In this document: piece by piece, positions 1-9,178 of the stretch | How the letters are laid out: every line of letters starts with the position of its first letter | Numbering within the stretch: position 1 is the stretch's first letter | Assembly: GCA_028716945.1 (NCBI GenBank) | Contig: JAQUOT010000001.1 | Location: 187,927 to 251,926 of the forward strand | Direction: 5' to 3' | DNA: 64,000 nucleotides | Origin: Candidatus Nanoarchaeia archaeon | GTDB taxonomy: Archaea; Nanobdellota; Nanobdellia; SCGC-AAA011-G17; JAFCDX01 | The notes under the pieces: generated by a model | What the model was told of the DNA's origin: nothing | The model's input: the letters and a program-made list of their open reading frames with translations, nothing else | The model's database searches: none | Translations under genes and position numbers: made by a program

Positions 1-1146
1 GTGCACAAAAATTCCACTATACGGATTAAAATTTATAATTTGACTATAATAATAATTTCCAGAATTATCACCTGCCTCATCAACCCAAGTTTCTTTTTTT
101 AATAATCTTTTTAATTCTAAAGAAGTAATTGTAGGTTTGATATTAAATAATGATTTTCCAAGAGTTAATTTATTTTGAGGAGTTTCAATTAAATAAGAAT
201 CATCACAAATTTTGTTTCCTGTTTGAACATTATCAAGAGTAGAAATACATTCTACTTTTTTAGTTAAGGTTATACTATTTGTTCCTATATTTAATACTAA
301 TTTTGAATCTATATCTTGTATTGTTGTGGGTACATTTGGTGTAAAAGCTATATTTGAATATTCATCTCCAACACTTAAAATTTTAATATTTATTTTTTTA
401 GTATTCCAATTTACTTTTGTTATCATAAATTTATCCATTTTATTTTCATGACAAGATTCGAAACAAACTCCTACAGGTGTTGAAATAGCTACTCCTTTAC
501 CAGAAGATTCTAATAATGCAGTACAAGAAGTTAGACTTGAAATTTTACAAGCACCATTTTCACAACCATTTGGACAAGTATAATAATCCCAAGCAACATT
601 TCCTCCAGAACAATAAGCTTCTGCTAAACGATTTGGATATAAAATTTGATCAGAACAACCATCATAATAAACTGCTCCCAAAGTATCTTTAACATTTCCA
701 GCAGTAAAATAATCTTTTTCATTATCAGAATCTACACAAGTATTAGCTGCAGATGTTGATAATGTAACACATTTTCCTCCAACACATTTTTTATTATATT
801 GAGAACAATCTACTTCAGCAAAATTAGAATTAATACTTTTACAATACCCTTCTATTAAAATATTGGTGTTATCTCCATATTTACAATAATCCCATCCAGT
901 AGTAGACGTAAATAAATTAGTTCCCAAACCATTTTTTGCATCGATTTTACCTTGAACATCTAAATTCCAATAACTAGAACTAGAACCATCTGATTTTATA
1001 CATGAATAAGTAGAAGCTTCTAAAGTTCTTGTATTATCTGAATTTGTTCCAAATAAATTAGTTAAAAAATTATTTATTGAAAAAGCAAATACAATTGGAG
1101 TTACTAAGATTAATAATAAAGAAAGTACAATCAAGCTCTTTTTCAT
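1..1146 (-). CDS. Secreted cysteine-rich surface protein, partial (C-terminus lies beyond the left window edge)
   Basis: Hand translation of the minus strand from ATG at 1146 stays open to position 1 (382 codons). It has the signal peptide MKKSLIVLSLLLILVTPIVFAF. The first 61 aa are identical to the gene at 1187..3832. It contains the modules GWDYC..IEGYC..C..KCVGGKC and CVDSD..AEAYC..CPNGCENGAC. It is absent from the ORF track because it runs off the edge. Confidence 0.8.
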   Translation of the reverse strand, partial: MKKSLIVLSLLLILVTPIVFAFSINNFLTNLFGTNSDNTRTLEASTYSCIKSDGSSSSYWNLDVQGKIDAKNGLGTNLFTSTTGWDYCKYGDNTNILIEGYCKSINSNFAEVDCSQYNKKCVGGKCVTLSTSAANTCVDSDNEKDYFTAGNVKDTLGAVYYDGCSDQILYPNRLAEAYCSGGNVAWDYYTCPNGCENGACKISSLTSCTALLESSGKGVAISTPVGVCFESCHENKMDKFMITKVNWNTKKINIKILSVGDEYSNIAFTPNVPTTIQDIDSKLVLNIGTNSITLTKKVECISTLDNVQTGNKICDDSYLIETPQNKLTLGKSLFNIKPTITSLELKRLLKKETWVDEAGDNSGNYYYSQIINFNPYSGIFVH

Positions 1147-1182
1147 ATAAATAATATTAAAATTTATATATTTAAATCTTTT
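965..1182. repeat. 218-bp exact repeat, copy 1 (promoter, signal peptide and first 61 codons of a surface-protein gene)
   Basis: Base-by-base comparison shows 965..1182 is identical to 3651..3868 at an offset of 2686. Similarity decays within about 25 nt beyond the coding-side boundary. Confidence 0.9.
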
Positions 1183-1186
1183 GTTT

Positions 1187-3832
1187 TTATTTTTTAGAAG
1201 AAAGTTCAAGTCTAGCTTTTTGTTGGTTTCTTATTTTTTTGAAAATATAATCTAATTGGTTTTTCTTCCAACCTTTTTTAACCAAAGCATCTTTAATATC
1301 AATTTCAGATTTTTTATCTGCCAATTGTTTTTTAACATATGCTTCTAATTTTATTTCTTGTTCTTTATTTGAAATTGGAGATCCTCTTTTTATTATATAA
1401 TATTGCCAATATATGAAAACTCCAACAATTACAACTACTACAAATAATATTATTAAAATATACCATGGGAAACTTGATCCACAATCGGCCTTACACCATC
1501 CCTCTTCTAATGGATGACATACTCCATCTCCACATTGATATTCTGGTTCTTCAGTTATTTCTGTTTTAGTTGTAATAGAACATTGTTCTGAAGTAGAACT
1601 TAACTGATTTCCTGTGGTTGTATCATAAGTATAAACTGTTCTTGTTCCTATTCCATCTCCTTCGGGATCTATACAATCTCCTAATCTCTGTTCGTAAGAA
1701 CTTTGACTAGCCATAACAGAAGTTATTATACTACAAATTCCACCAATACAACATTTAACTGAATCTGATGAAGCTACAGAAATAAATTGTCCGGTTGTTC
1801 CAGTACATTGTTGATTTTCTAAACATATTTGTCCATCTAAATTATTACAAGTATAATCAGAATAATCTATTGTAAGTTCTTTACATTGCCCAGTACTAAG
1901 ATCTCTTGATTGACAAGACACACATTCTTCATCTTCTAAAGTACAAGTAGTAGTACAACTTGGATCACATGCATCTCCTTTCCCATCATTATCACAATCT
2001 GCTTGATCCTCATTATAAATGTATATGCAATTATCTTCATCATCACAAATTCCATCTTCATCATAATCATCTTCACATTCTAAGCAAGCAGCATTAGATA
2101 CACAAGCACTATCTGCACAATCTGTTAATCCATTACAATTATTATCAATATTATCAGTACAACTAGTTTCTGATTGAGCACAAGAAGAAGGGGTACATCC
2201 TCCATTATTACATCCATACCCATATGTTTGACAATCAACAACTAAAGTCCATACATTATTTTTACATTCTTGTACATTAGTTCCTAAACATCTTAACTGA
2301 TTTTCTTGACAAACAGCAGCTATACAACTTGTAGCAGATGTACAACAATTTAAACAATCACTTACTCCAGTTATAAGACTAGAACATGTTTGTCCAGATG
2401 TACAACAAACACCATTTTTTTGAGCACAAGTTTGTGAATTAGAAGAAGTAGTACCACATTGATTAGCAGTGCCTGCACCACCACAAGTTTCAGCAGCACT
2501 AACATTACAAGTTAATGTCCCTGTTTTAGATAGATTAGTTCCACAATTTGTTGAAACAATTTTATTTCCACAAAACGAACTTAGGTCTGGAGTAAATATA
2601 ATGGGAGTACATCCACTTCCTCCTACGCCTGCAGCACCACTAACAGTACAACTTTTAATTAATGAAAATTGATTAGTACATGCAGCATCTGTACAATATT
2701 GTTGCCCACCTATACCGGGATTAAAAACTTGACAAATAGACCAAGTTGAACAAGTTGATGTTGTACAAACTCCTTTAGATCCACTTCCTCCTGAAGAAGA
2801 AATATTTGAACTATTAATTTTTTTACAAAGGGTACCAATATCTCCTATATCTCCAACATTACATTTTGAATTTGGTACATATGTTGTACAATTATAAGTA
2901 GTATTTACCCACCTTGTTCCTCCACAATAATAAAAATTTCCAGAGGTACATAAATATTTTCCCCTCATACCAGCAGTACAATTTATTCCATTAAAGTTAA
3001 TTTGAGAAGTATCTCCACAAGTTTTAGCAGTAAATACTACTTTATTTGACAAAGCTCCATTCCATACCCAAACAACATATTTTTGTCCAGGTTCTAAAAC
3101 ATAACTTGGAGATAAGGGTTGTACATTTCCAGCTACATCTCCAGAACCGGTTAATTTTATATTAAACTCATTAAGTGTAAAGGTTTCGGTTGCTTTTGAT
3201 GTATCTTTTACTTCTATAGCATAATAGGTTGATGTAGAAGGATCTGCATTACTTATTTCTCCTTTAAAAACATCAATACTATAAGTTCCACTACTAGGAA
3301 CACTTCCACCACTAAAAGTTATATTTACTTTTGATTTAGTTCCTTCACAAGAAGTTGTAATAGTTGAAGATAAAGTTACGGGGGTTATTATACTTCCTGC
3401 TCCACCCGAAGTTGTGGGTGTAACACATTTTCCACTGCTACATATTTTACCATAATCAGAACAATCTATTTTTCCAATATAAAATGAATTTACAGTATTT
3501 CCACAATACCATTCTCCTAAAAGAGTACCTGTAGTATCTTGTCCAATATCTTTAAGACAATAATCAGAACCTACTACTTGGGTTGTAGAGCTAGAACCAA
3601 TCGCAGAAGTAGTTAATGTAATTTTACTAATTTTACCTTGGATATTATAATTCCAATAACTAGAACTAGAACCATCTGATTTTATACATGAATAAGTAGA
3701 AGCTTCTAAAGTTCTTGTATTATCTGAATTTGTTCCAAATAAATTAGTTAAAAAATTATTTATTGAAAAAGCAAATACAATTGGAGTTACTAAGATTAAT
3801 AATAAAGAAAGTACAATCAAGCTCTTTTTCAT
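1187..3832 (-). CDS. Giant cysteine-rich cell-surface protein with a thrombospondin type-3-like Ca-binding repeat, C-terminal TM anchor and cytoplasmic tail
   Basis: Taken from the 896-aa track ORF. I moved the start to MKKSLIV (3832) because that gives a signal peptide identical to the paralog at 1146. The protein has very many Cys and Thr/Ser-rich stretches. It contains DYDEDGICDDEDNCIYIYNEDQADCDNDGKGDACD, which fits the TSP type-3 consensus. It also has the TM segment WYILIILFVVVVIVGVFIYW followed by a basic tail. Confidence 0.85.
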   Translation of the reverse strand: MKKSLIVLSLLLILVTPIVFAFSINNFLTNLFGTNSDNTRTLEASTYSCIKSDGSSSSYWNYNIQGKISKITLTTSAIGSSSTTQVVGSDYCLKDIGQDTTGTLLGEWYCGNTVNSFYIGKIDCSDYGKICSSGKCVTPTTSGGAGSIITPVTLSSTITTSCEGTKSKVNITFSGGSVPSSGTYSIDVFKGEISNADPSTSTYYAIEVKDTSKATETFTLNEFNIKLTGSGDVAGNVQPLSPSYVLEPGQKYVVWVWNGALSNKVVFTAKTCGDTSQINFNGINCTAGMRGKYLCTSGNFYYCGGTRWVNTTYNCTTYVPNSKCNVGDIGDIGTLCKKINSSNISSSGGSGSKGVCTTSTCSTWSICQVFNPGIGGQQYCTDAACTNQFSLIKSCTVSGAAGVGGSGCTPIIFTPDLSSFCGNKIVSTNCGTNLSKTGTLTCNVSAAETCGGAGTANQCGTTSSNSQTCAQKNGVCCTSGQTCSSLITGVSDCLNCCTSATSCIAAVCQENQLRCLGTNVQECKNNVWTLVVDCQTYGYGCNNGGCTPSSCAQSETSCTDNIDNNCNGLTDCADSACVSNAACLECEDDYDEDGICDDEDNCIYIYNEDQADCDNDGKGDACDPSCTTTCTLEDEECVSCQSRDLSTGQCKELTIDYSDYTCNNLDGQICLENQQCTGTTGQFISVASSDSVKCCIGGICSIITSVMASQSSYEQRLGDCIDPEGDGIGTRTVYTYDTTTGNQLSSTSEQCSITTKTEITEEPEYQCGDGVCHPLEEGWCKADCGSSFPWYILIILFVVVVIVGVFIYWQYYIIKRGSPISNKEQEIKLEAYVKKQLADKKSEIDIKDALVKKGWKKNQLDYIFKKIRNQQKARLELSSKK

Positions 3833-3868
3833 ATAAATAATATTAAAATTTATATATTTAAATCTTTT
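3651..3868. repeat. 218-bp exact repeat, copy 2
   Basis: Identical to 965..1182. It covers 36 nt upstream of the ATG at 3832, including the AT-rich TATA-like tttaaatatataaa on the minus strand, plus the first 61 codons. Confidence 0.9.
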
Positions 3869-3873
3869 TATTT

Positions 3874-5895
3874 TCAAAATAAAGGTTTTATTCTGGTTTC
3901 TTTCAAAGCTTCCTTAATTTGTTCCTCTTTCCACCCTTTTATTCTTAAAGAACTTATAATTTGTTCTTTTGGAATACCTTGATTTATTTTAACTTGAATA
4001 TAATTTGATAATCTTGCTAAACTTAATTCTTTTTCAATATCGGATTGTGGCCAACCTGCTCTTTCTAATTCCTCTTTTATATTCTTCAAAGGAACTTTTG
4101 CATTTAAAGATTTTTGAATATATTCTTTCATTTTTTCAACATTAACAGGTCTTACTTTTATTGTAGGTTCTTGTTTTATTTCTTTTACAAAAGTTTGAGG
4201 AGCAACTTCTTTTGGTTGAACTATCGGACTTGATTCTTCAACAACTGCTCTTTTTCTTTGTACATAAGTATAAATTATAATTACTAAAATCATAATGAAA
4301 ACTATTCCAGAAATTAAACTTACTCCAATAAGCACCTTATTTGATTTATTTTCAAGATTAGTGTTAGTACCTAAATTAACATTTGTAGTTGTTCCTGCTA
4401 AAACAGTAGAAGTACAAGAAATAGAACAGCAAATTCCTGATCCCGAATGTAATAAAGTAGAACTACTACAAGTTTGATTACTTCCACAAACATAACCATT
4501 TTCTAAAGAGCAAGAACAATCTGAATCTCCTCCAACGCAAGATATAGAACAACCATCATTTATTCCACAAGTAGAACCAGTACAAGATTCATTAATTGCA
4601 GGTCTTCCTGTTAAAGTTCCACAATTATTTTCATCAATACAAGTTCTTGTTCTTACATTATTAACACAAGAAGTCCAATTTGTACAATTCCAAGTTTCAG
4701 AACAGGAAGAAGTAGAATTTGTAATATTAATTAAGAATAAATTACCAACAACATACAATCCTAAACTATCATTAGCACTAAATCTTATTAAATTGGTTCC
4801 AGTCCAGTTTGCTTTTGGAACAAATTCTGCTTCATCATTAGAATTTATAAAAATAGAAATAGAATTATTTCCGGTGAAATTATAAATTAATTTTTGTCCA
4901 TCTGGTTCTGAGAAATAATCCTCTAATTCTAAACTATCATTGGTATTTTTTCTCCAAGACATATTATCAAAATTATCTTTTAATATAGGAGGAGAATTTA
5001 ACATATCAATACTGCTTGAATTTACATAAGTTCCTTTAATCGTATCGTTAGCACTAATAGTACATGTCCATTCATCTATATGACTTTCAGTTATCTGTAC
5101 AGAAATATTACAAGATTTTCCATTTACCCAAGAATCTCCAGAACAAGATACATCTCCAGATTTAAATGGACTAGCAAAATTAGTTTCATTCCACAAAATG
5201 TATTTAACATTAACAGTACTACTATCCGTATCTTTAACAATAGAAGAACAATTTACATAATCTTTTACTCTAAACTTATTTGAACCAGTTAAATTAGTAA
5301 AAGAAACATCTGTTATTGTAGGAGGATTAGTTGTTACAGGAGCAGAAACTGTAAAACTTTTTGTATCTGAAATTAAAACATCTGCACTGTAATTTAAAAT
5401 GAATTCTAAAGTATAAGTTCCAGCACTTAAGGCAGATAATCCAGAAAAAGCAGATATAGGAGTACTTACAGTAACTTCAGAAAGCGTTGAAAATGCTCTT
5501 CCAGGTTGTTCAGGATTTTCCCAAGCCCAATCAGGACTATCATGACTTCCATCTTTAAAAATTTGACCATCAATACAATTTTTTGGATTTGCATTTGAGT
5601 TAGTTAAAAAATTTTCTAAAGTTAGAGTACTACGTTGTATAACTTGGTCTCCAGAATCTTTTATACCTATATAAACATTTGAAGACCCATTACAAGGAAT
5701 AACATCGCCTGCTAAAAATTTTATTGAAATATCTCCAGTTAATGATTGCCCTGCAGTTATAGTATCTAAATCAATATTATCTTTAACAACGTTTCCAGTA
5801 ATAGATGGCTTCATTAACATAAAAACTAAAAATGAGAATACAAATATTGCAAATATAAAAACGCTCAATTCTCTATCTTTTTTAATATGTACCAC
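3874..5895 (-). CDS. Large surface protein with N-terminal signal anchor, Cys-rich stalk, C-terminal TM and cytoplasmic tail carrying GW helical repeats
   Basis: 673-aa ORF. The N-terminal hydrophobic segment is followed by ITGNVV. A Cys-rich region reads CSETWNCTNWTSCVNNVRTRTCIDENNCG. The TM segment is VLIGVSLISGIVFIMILVIIIYTYV. The tail contains ELERAGWPQSDIEKEL and SSLRIKGWKEEQIKEAL. Confidence 0.8.
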   Translation of the reverse strand: MVHIKKDRELSVFIFAIFVFSFLVFMLMKPSITGNVVKDNIDLDTITAGQSLTGDISIKFLAGDVIPCNGSSNVYIGIKDSGDQVIQRSTLTLENFLTNSNANPKNCIDGQIFKDGSHDSPDWAWENPEQPGRAFSTLSEVTVSTPISAFSGLSALSAGTYTLEFILNYSADVLISDTKSFTVSAPVTTNPPTITDVSFTNLTGSNKFRVKDYVNCSSIVKDTDSSTVNVKYILWNETNFASPFKSGDVSCSGDSWVNGKSCNISVQITESHIDEWTCTISANDTIKGTYVNSSSIDMLNSPPILKDNFDNMSWRKNTNDSLELEDYFSEPDGQKLIYNFTGNNSISIFINSNDEAEFVPKANWTGTNLIRFSANDSLGLYVVGNLFLINITNSTSSCSETWNCTNWTSCVNNVRTRTCIDENNCGTLTGRPAINESCTGSTCGINDGCSISCVGGDSDCSCSLENGYVCGSNQTCSSSTLLHSGSGICCSISCTSTVLAGTTTNVNLGTNTNLENKSNKVLIGVSLISGIVFIMILVIIIYTYVQRKRAVVEESSPIVQPKEVAPQTFVKEIKQEPTIKVRPVNVEKMKEYIQKSLNAKVPLKNIKEELERAGWPQSDIEKELSLARLSNYIQVKINQGIPKEQIISSLRIKGWKEEQIKEALKETRIKPLF

Positions 5896-5934
5896 CTCTC
5901 CTTATATTTAATAACAATAAGCGGTATATAAAAT

Positions 5935-6486
5935 TTATTCTTTATGCTCTTTTATGATTTCTGCTTGAAATTTGTATATTTTTACAAATTTGTCCTTCCA
6001 AAAGTTCTCTGACAACCCTGCTTTATAACATAAGGAATCCAAAAACTCAGTCAAATTCATTTTATGTTCAATAGGAACTTGGGGCAATAACAATCCTTTT
6101 CTTCCCAAATATTCTATAATTAATCCATCTTTTCCAAGTTTTATTTTCTTCAAATATTCTTCTGGAGTTTTTACTTTGATTAATTTAGGAATTGTTAATA
6201 TTGAAATTTCTATGGAAAACTTTTCTCCTTGTTTTAAAGATTCAAATCTATTATCAGAGAATGCAGCAAATCTCGCGGCTTCTGCAATGCTTTTTCCAAG
6301 AATATTATAAGGTTCAATAAAACCAATACACCCTTTTAATTTTCTTTTGGAATATAAAGTAACAAAAACACCTTTTTTTTCTTTGAATTTATTTAATTCT
6401 TTTTCATCAATTTCCTTACCAGAAAAATAAGTTTCTATGGATTTTCTAGCTAACTCTAATAATTTCTTAGCTTGCAATTTATTCAT
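5935..6486 (-). CDS. AMMECR1 domain protein
   Basis: 183 aa. The stretch KGVFVTLYSKRKLKGCIGFIEP matches the AMMECR1 signature (GxFVTL...LRGCIG). Confidence 0.8.
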   Translation of the reverse strand: MNKLQAKKLLELARKSIETYFSGKEIDEKELNKFKEKKGVFVTLYSKRKLKGCIGFIEPYNILGKSIAEAARFAAFSDNRFESLKQGEKFSIEISILTIPKLIKVKTPEEYLKKIKLGKDGLIIEYLGRKGLLLPQVPIEHKMNLTEFLDSLCYKAGLSENFWKDKFVKIYKFQAEIIKEHKE

Positions 6487-6508
6487 ACAAAATTAAAGAA
6501 TTACAAAT

Positions 6509-6766
6509 TTATAATCTTTTAGATTCTTTTCTTAATTCATCTACTATTTTCTTAAGCGAAGAAATAGTGCTTGTTAATGATTTTTTAGGATCTTTGCTTT
6601 CTACTATAAATACTGGACTACTAGTTAAAGGATGTTCTACTTTATAACCTGCTATATCCGAATTTTTAGTTAATTCTTTTCTTAAAACATTACAAAGAGT
6701 ATGATTTTCTCCTTTGATTTCAAATTTTAACTTTGTTTTTGTTTGTTCTAAAATATTGAGTTCCAT
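6509..6766 (-). CDS. rpoL: DNA-directed RNA polymerase subunit L (Rpo11)
   Basis: 85 aa. The pattern FEIKGENHTLCNVLRKEL...AGYKVEHPL is typical of RpoL/Rpb11 (EDHTLGNxLR...Y..HP). Confidence 0.8.
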   Translation of the reverse strand: MELNILEQTKTKLKFEIKGENHTLCNVLRKELTKNSDIAGYKVEHPLTSSPVFIVESKDPKKSLTSTISSLKKIVDELRKESKRL

Positions 6767-6805
6767 TTTTCTTTTAATATATGTAATTCAGTATATAGTT
6801 CTTTT

Positions 6806-7282
6806 TTAAACCTTTCGTTTCTCTTTTATATTTAACAAATCCCCTATTTTTAAAGTACCATCTTTTAAATTTAAACTAGGTTTATGGGTTTCAGGATTGA
6901 CATAATATGCCTTAAAAGTGTCTATCAATTTTATACTTAATATTTTCTCTATATTTTTAGCCATTCTAAAAGTAGGTACTAATTTATTGGATTCTAAATT
7001 TCTAATAGTAATAATTCTATCATACATTTTATTTGCTAAATCTTCTTCTGTCCAGTTTAATTTTAATCTAGCATTTTTAATTCTTGAAGAGAAATCAGGA
7101 ACAATCATTTCATTTTCTTCTTCTTTTTGTAATTCCAGAATTTTTTCTTCTATTTCTTTTGGTTTTATTTCAACAGCTTTTCCAAGAGCAATACAATTAG
7201 AACAAGCTTTAATTAAAACTCCTTCAAAAATAGCTTCTCTTGTTTCGCATTCCTTTTTATTACAAACTGCACAATTATTCAT
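6806..7282 (-). CDS. Archaeal multiprotein bridging factor 1 (Zn-ribbon plus XRE-type HTH)
   Basis: 158 aa. The N-terminus carries CAVCN..C...CSNC and the C-terminus has an HTH (LNWTEEDLANKMYDRIITIRNLESNKLVP). Confidence 0.7.
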   Translation of the reverse strand: MNNCAVCNKKECETREAIFEGVLIKACSNCIALGKAVEIKPKEIEEKILELQKEEENEMIVPDFSSRIKNARLKLNWTEEDLANKMYDRIITIRNLESNKLVPTFRMAKNIEKILSIKLIDTFKAYYVNPETHKPSLNLKDGTLKIGDLLNIKEKRKV

Positions 7283-7925
7283 TTTTTACAAGAGCAAATA
7301 CTTCTCCAACGCTTGTAAAACCTTCTTTTTTATCTTTATTATTTACTATTATTGTTGGTGCTTTTGTAATATTATAATAATTCTTTACTAAATTCAAAGT
7401 TGGCTCATCAAATTGTCTATCTATAGAAAATATCTTAATATTAATATCTTGTCTATTTGCTAAATTATCTAAAACATAACCCTGCTTTATTGAATTATCC
7501 TCTTCCAAATCATAAAAATATAAAATAATATTTTGTTTATTATCACATTTTTTATTATAATCTATGAAAAGAGAATAAGCCCTTATTTCAAGTAAAAAAT
7601 ATTGTTCTCTTAATGAATCATATTCTTTTTCTTTTAATATATTTTTATCATCATATTCCATTAACCTCTGTCCTAAATCATATAAATTTCCAGAACTTGA
7701 AGAAAGTCTTTCTTTTATTAAATTACAATTTCCTATATCTAAGGATTCTAAGAATTGTTGCTCAACAAAAATGCTGATTATATCTAAATTATTTTGGTTT
7801 AAATTATAAGCAACATCACTTGTTCTTAAATCATCCCAAATTTTTGCAGTATAAAATCCTAATAGAAATATAGCTACAGTAATTACTAGCGCTGTTATGA
7901 AAATATCTTTTCTTATCTTTGGCAT
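7275..7925 (-). CDS. Membrane-anchored hypothetical protein (thioredoxin-fold-like C-terminal half without CxxC)
   Basis: Track ORF 7275..7949. I chose the start MPKIRKD at 7925 to avoid overlapping the upstream GT2 gene. It has a single N-terminal TM segment (IFITALVITVAIFLLGF). Confidence 0.6.
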   Translation of the reverse strand: MPKIRKDIFITALVITVAIFLLGFYTAKIWDDLRTSDVAYNLNQNNLDIISIFVEQQFLESLDIGNCNLIKERLSSSSGNLYDLGQRLMEYDDKNILKEKEYDSLREQYFLLEIRAYSLFIDYNKKCDNKQNIILYFYDLEEDNSIKQGYVLDNLANRQDINIKIFSIDRQFDEPTLNLVKNYYNITKAPTIIVNNKDKKEGFTSVGEVFALVKNE

Positions 7926-7926
7926 T

Positions 7927-9162
7927 TTACCATTTCCTCTTAGCCCCAAAAGCCTCTAAAACAAAGGCATTCATCCATTGCAGACTCCTTAACATAGGAT
8001 ATAACAATAAATATATAAGGGTAATGAAATGGAATTTCCACCTCTGATTAAAGTATTTATGGGCATAGATATAGATATAAAAACCAAATATAAAACTAGC
8101 AATTACAGGAAACCATATTCTTATATCTAAGCTTAAAATAAAATCTTTTACAGATGGCCATTCTATTATAAAATCAAATATTCCAAATCCCAACGTAATT
8201 ATCTTTGTTAAGGTTGTATAAACATATCTTAAAAATTGATAAGCAAATAATAAAAATGAAAATAAAACCATTAACATTGTTGTAACATTCAAAGGTAATT
8301 GGAACAACCCAATTAAACCATAATTTTTGTTAAAGAACATTTTTTTATATTTCCAGTTGTTTGTGATAAAACCTCTGAACCATCTTACTCTTTGTTTCCA
8401 GAAAGCCCTTATATTCAAAGGTCCATTTGTATAATTAATACTCCTTGGTTCTATAATTACATTATATTTATTATACCTCAATTTTAATGCAACTTCTAAG
8501 TCTTCTGTTAGATTGTTTTTGTCAAAACCCCCTAATTTTTTAATTAAATCTGTTCTGTAAACCGTCATAACTCCATGAGTCATGTGTAATGCTCCGATTC
8601 TAGATATTAATTTTCTAACAAAACTAGATAGAATATATTCTAATCTTTGTATTCTACCTAAATAGTTTATATCATTATTTATTAAAACAGAACTAATTAC
8701 CGCACCAATCTCCGGATCTGAGAAATGATTTACAATTAATTTCAAAGAATTTTTATCTACAAAAGAATCTGAATCAACTCTTGCAAAAAATTCAGTATCA
8801 ATTTGTTGCAAGGCAGCATTCAATGTTCCTGCTGCATTTCCACTATTGATTTTGTTTTGAATTAATTTAATATTTTTATGTTTTTTACAATATTCTTTAA
8901 TAATTAAAGGAGTATTATCTGTAGAAGCATCATCTGCTACAATTATTTTTAATTTATCTTTCGGATAATCCAGATTAAGTATAGAATCTAAGGTTTTTGC
9001 TATATTTTTTTCTTCATTATATGCAGGAACGACTACAGTAACTTTTGGAATTTCTTTTAATGGCTGCGGTTCTTTTGGTTCTCCTAAACCAACTATAATT
9101 AACCAAAAGATAGATACATATAGTGAAATGAAACACAATATCCATATATATATTTCAAACAT
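7927..9162 (-). CDS. Family 2 glycosyltransferase with integral membrane C-terminal half (processive synthase-like)
   Basis: 411 aa. It carries VTVVVPAYNEEKNIAKTLDSIL..YP, IIVADDASTDNT and QRVRWFRG (a QxxRW-like motif). Several C-terminal TM segments follow. Confidence 0.85.
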   Translation of the reverse strand: MFEIYIWILCFISLYVSIFWLIIVGLGEPKEPQPLKEIPKVTVVVPAYNEEKNIAKTLDSILNLDYPKDKLKIIVADDASTDNTPLIIKEYCKKHKNIKLIQNKINSGNAAGTLNAALQQIDTEFFARVDSDSFVDKNSLKLIVNHFSDPEIGAVISSVLINNDINYLGRIQRLEYILSSFVRKLISRIGALHMTHGVMTVYRTDLIKKLGGFDKNNLTEDLEVALKLRYNKYNVIIEPRSINYTNGPLNIRAFWKQRVRWFRGFITNNWKYKKMFFNKNYGLIGLFQLPLNVTTMLMVLFSFLLFAYQFLRYVYTTLTKIITLGFGIFDFIIEWPSVKDFILSLDIRIWFPVIASFIFGFYIYIYAHKYFNQRWKFHFITLIYLLLYPMLRSLQWMNAFVLEAFGAKRKW

Positions 9163-9178
9163 TTTAACCCCCTGAATA

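Noticed and set aside
3833-3877. N-terminal extension of the 896-aa ORF (MKIKRFKYINFNIIY before MKKSLIV).
   Set aside because: The internal Met gives a classical signal peptide and matches the start of the identical paralog at 1146. The extension lies in the AT-rich promoter-like sequence that belongs to the 218-bp repeat.
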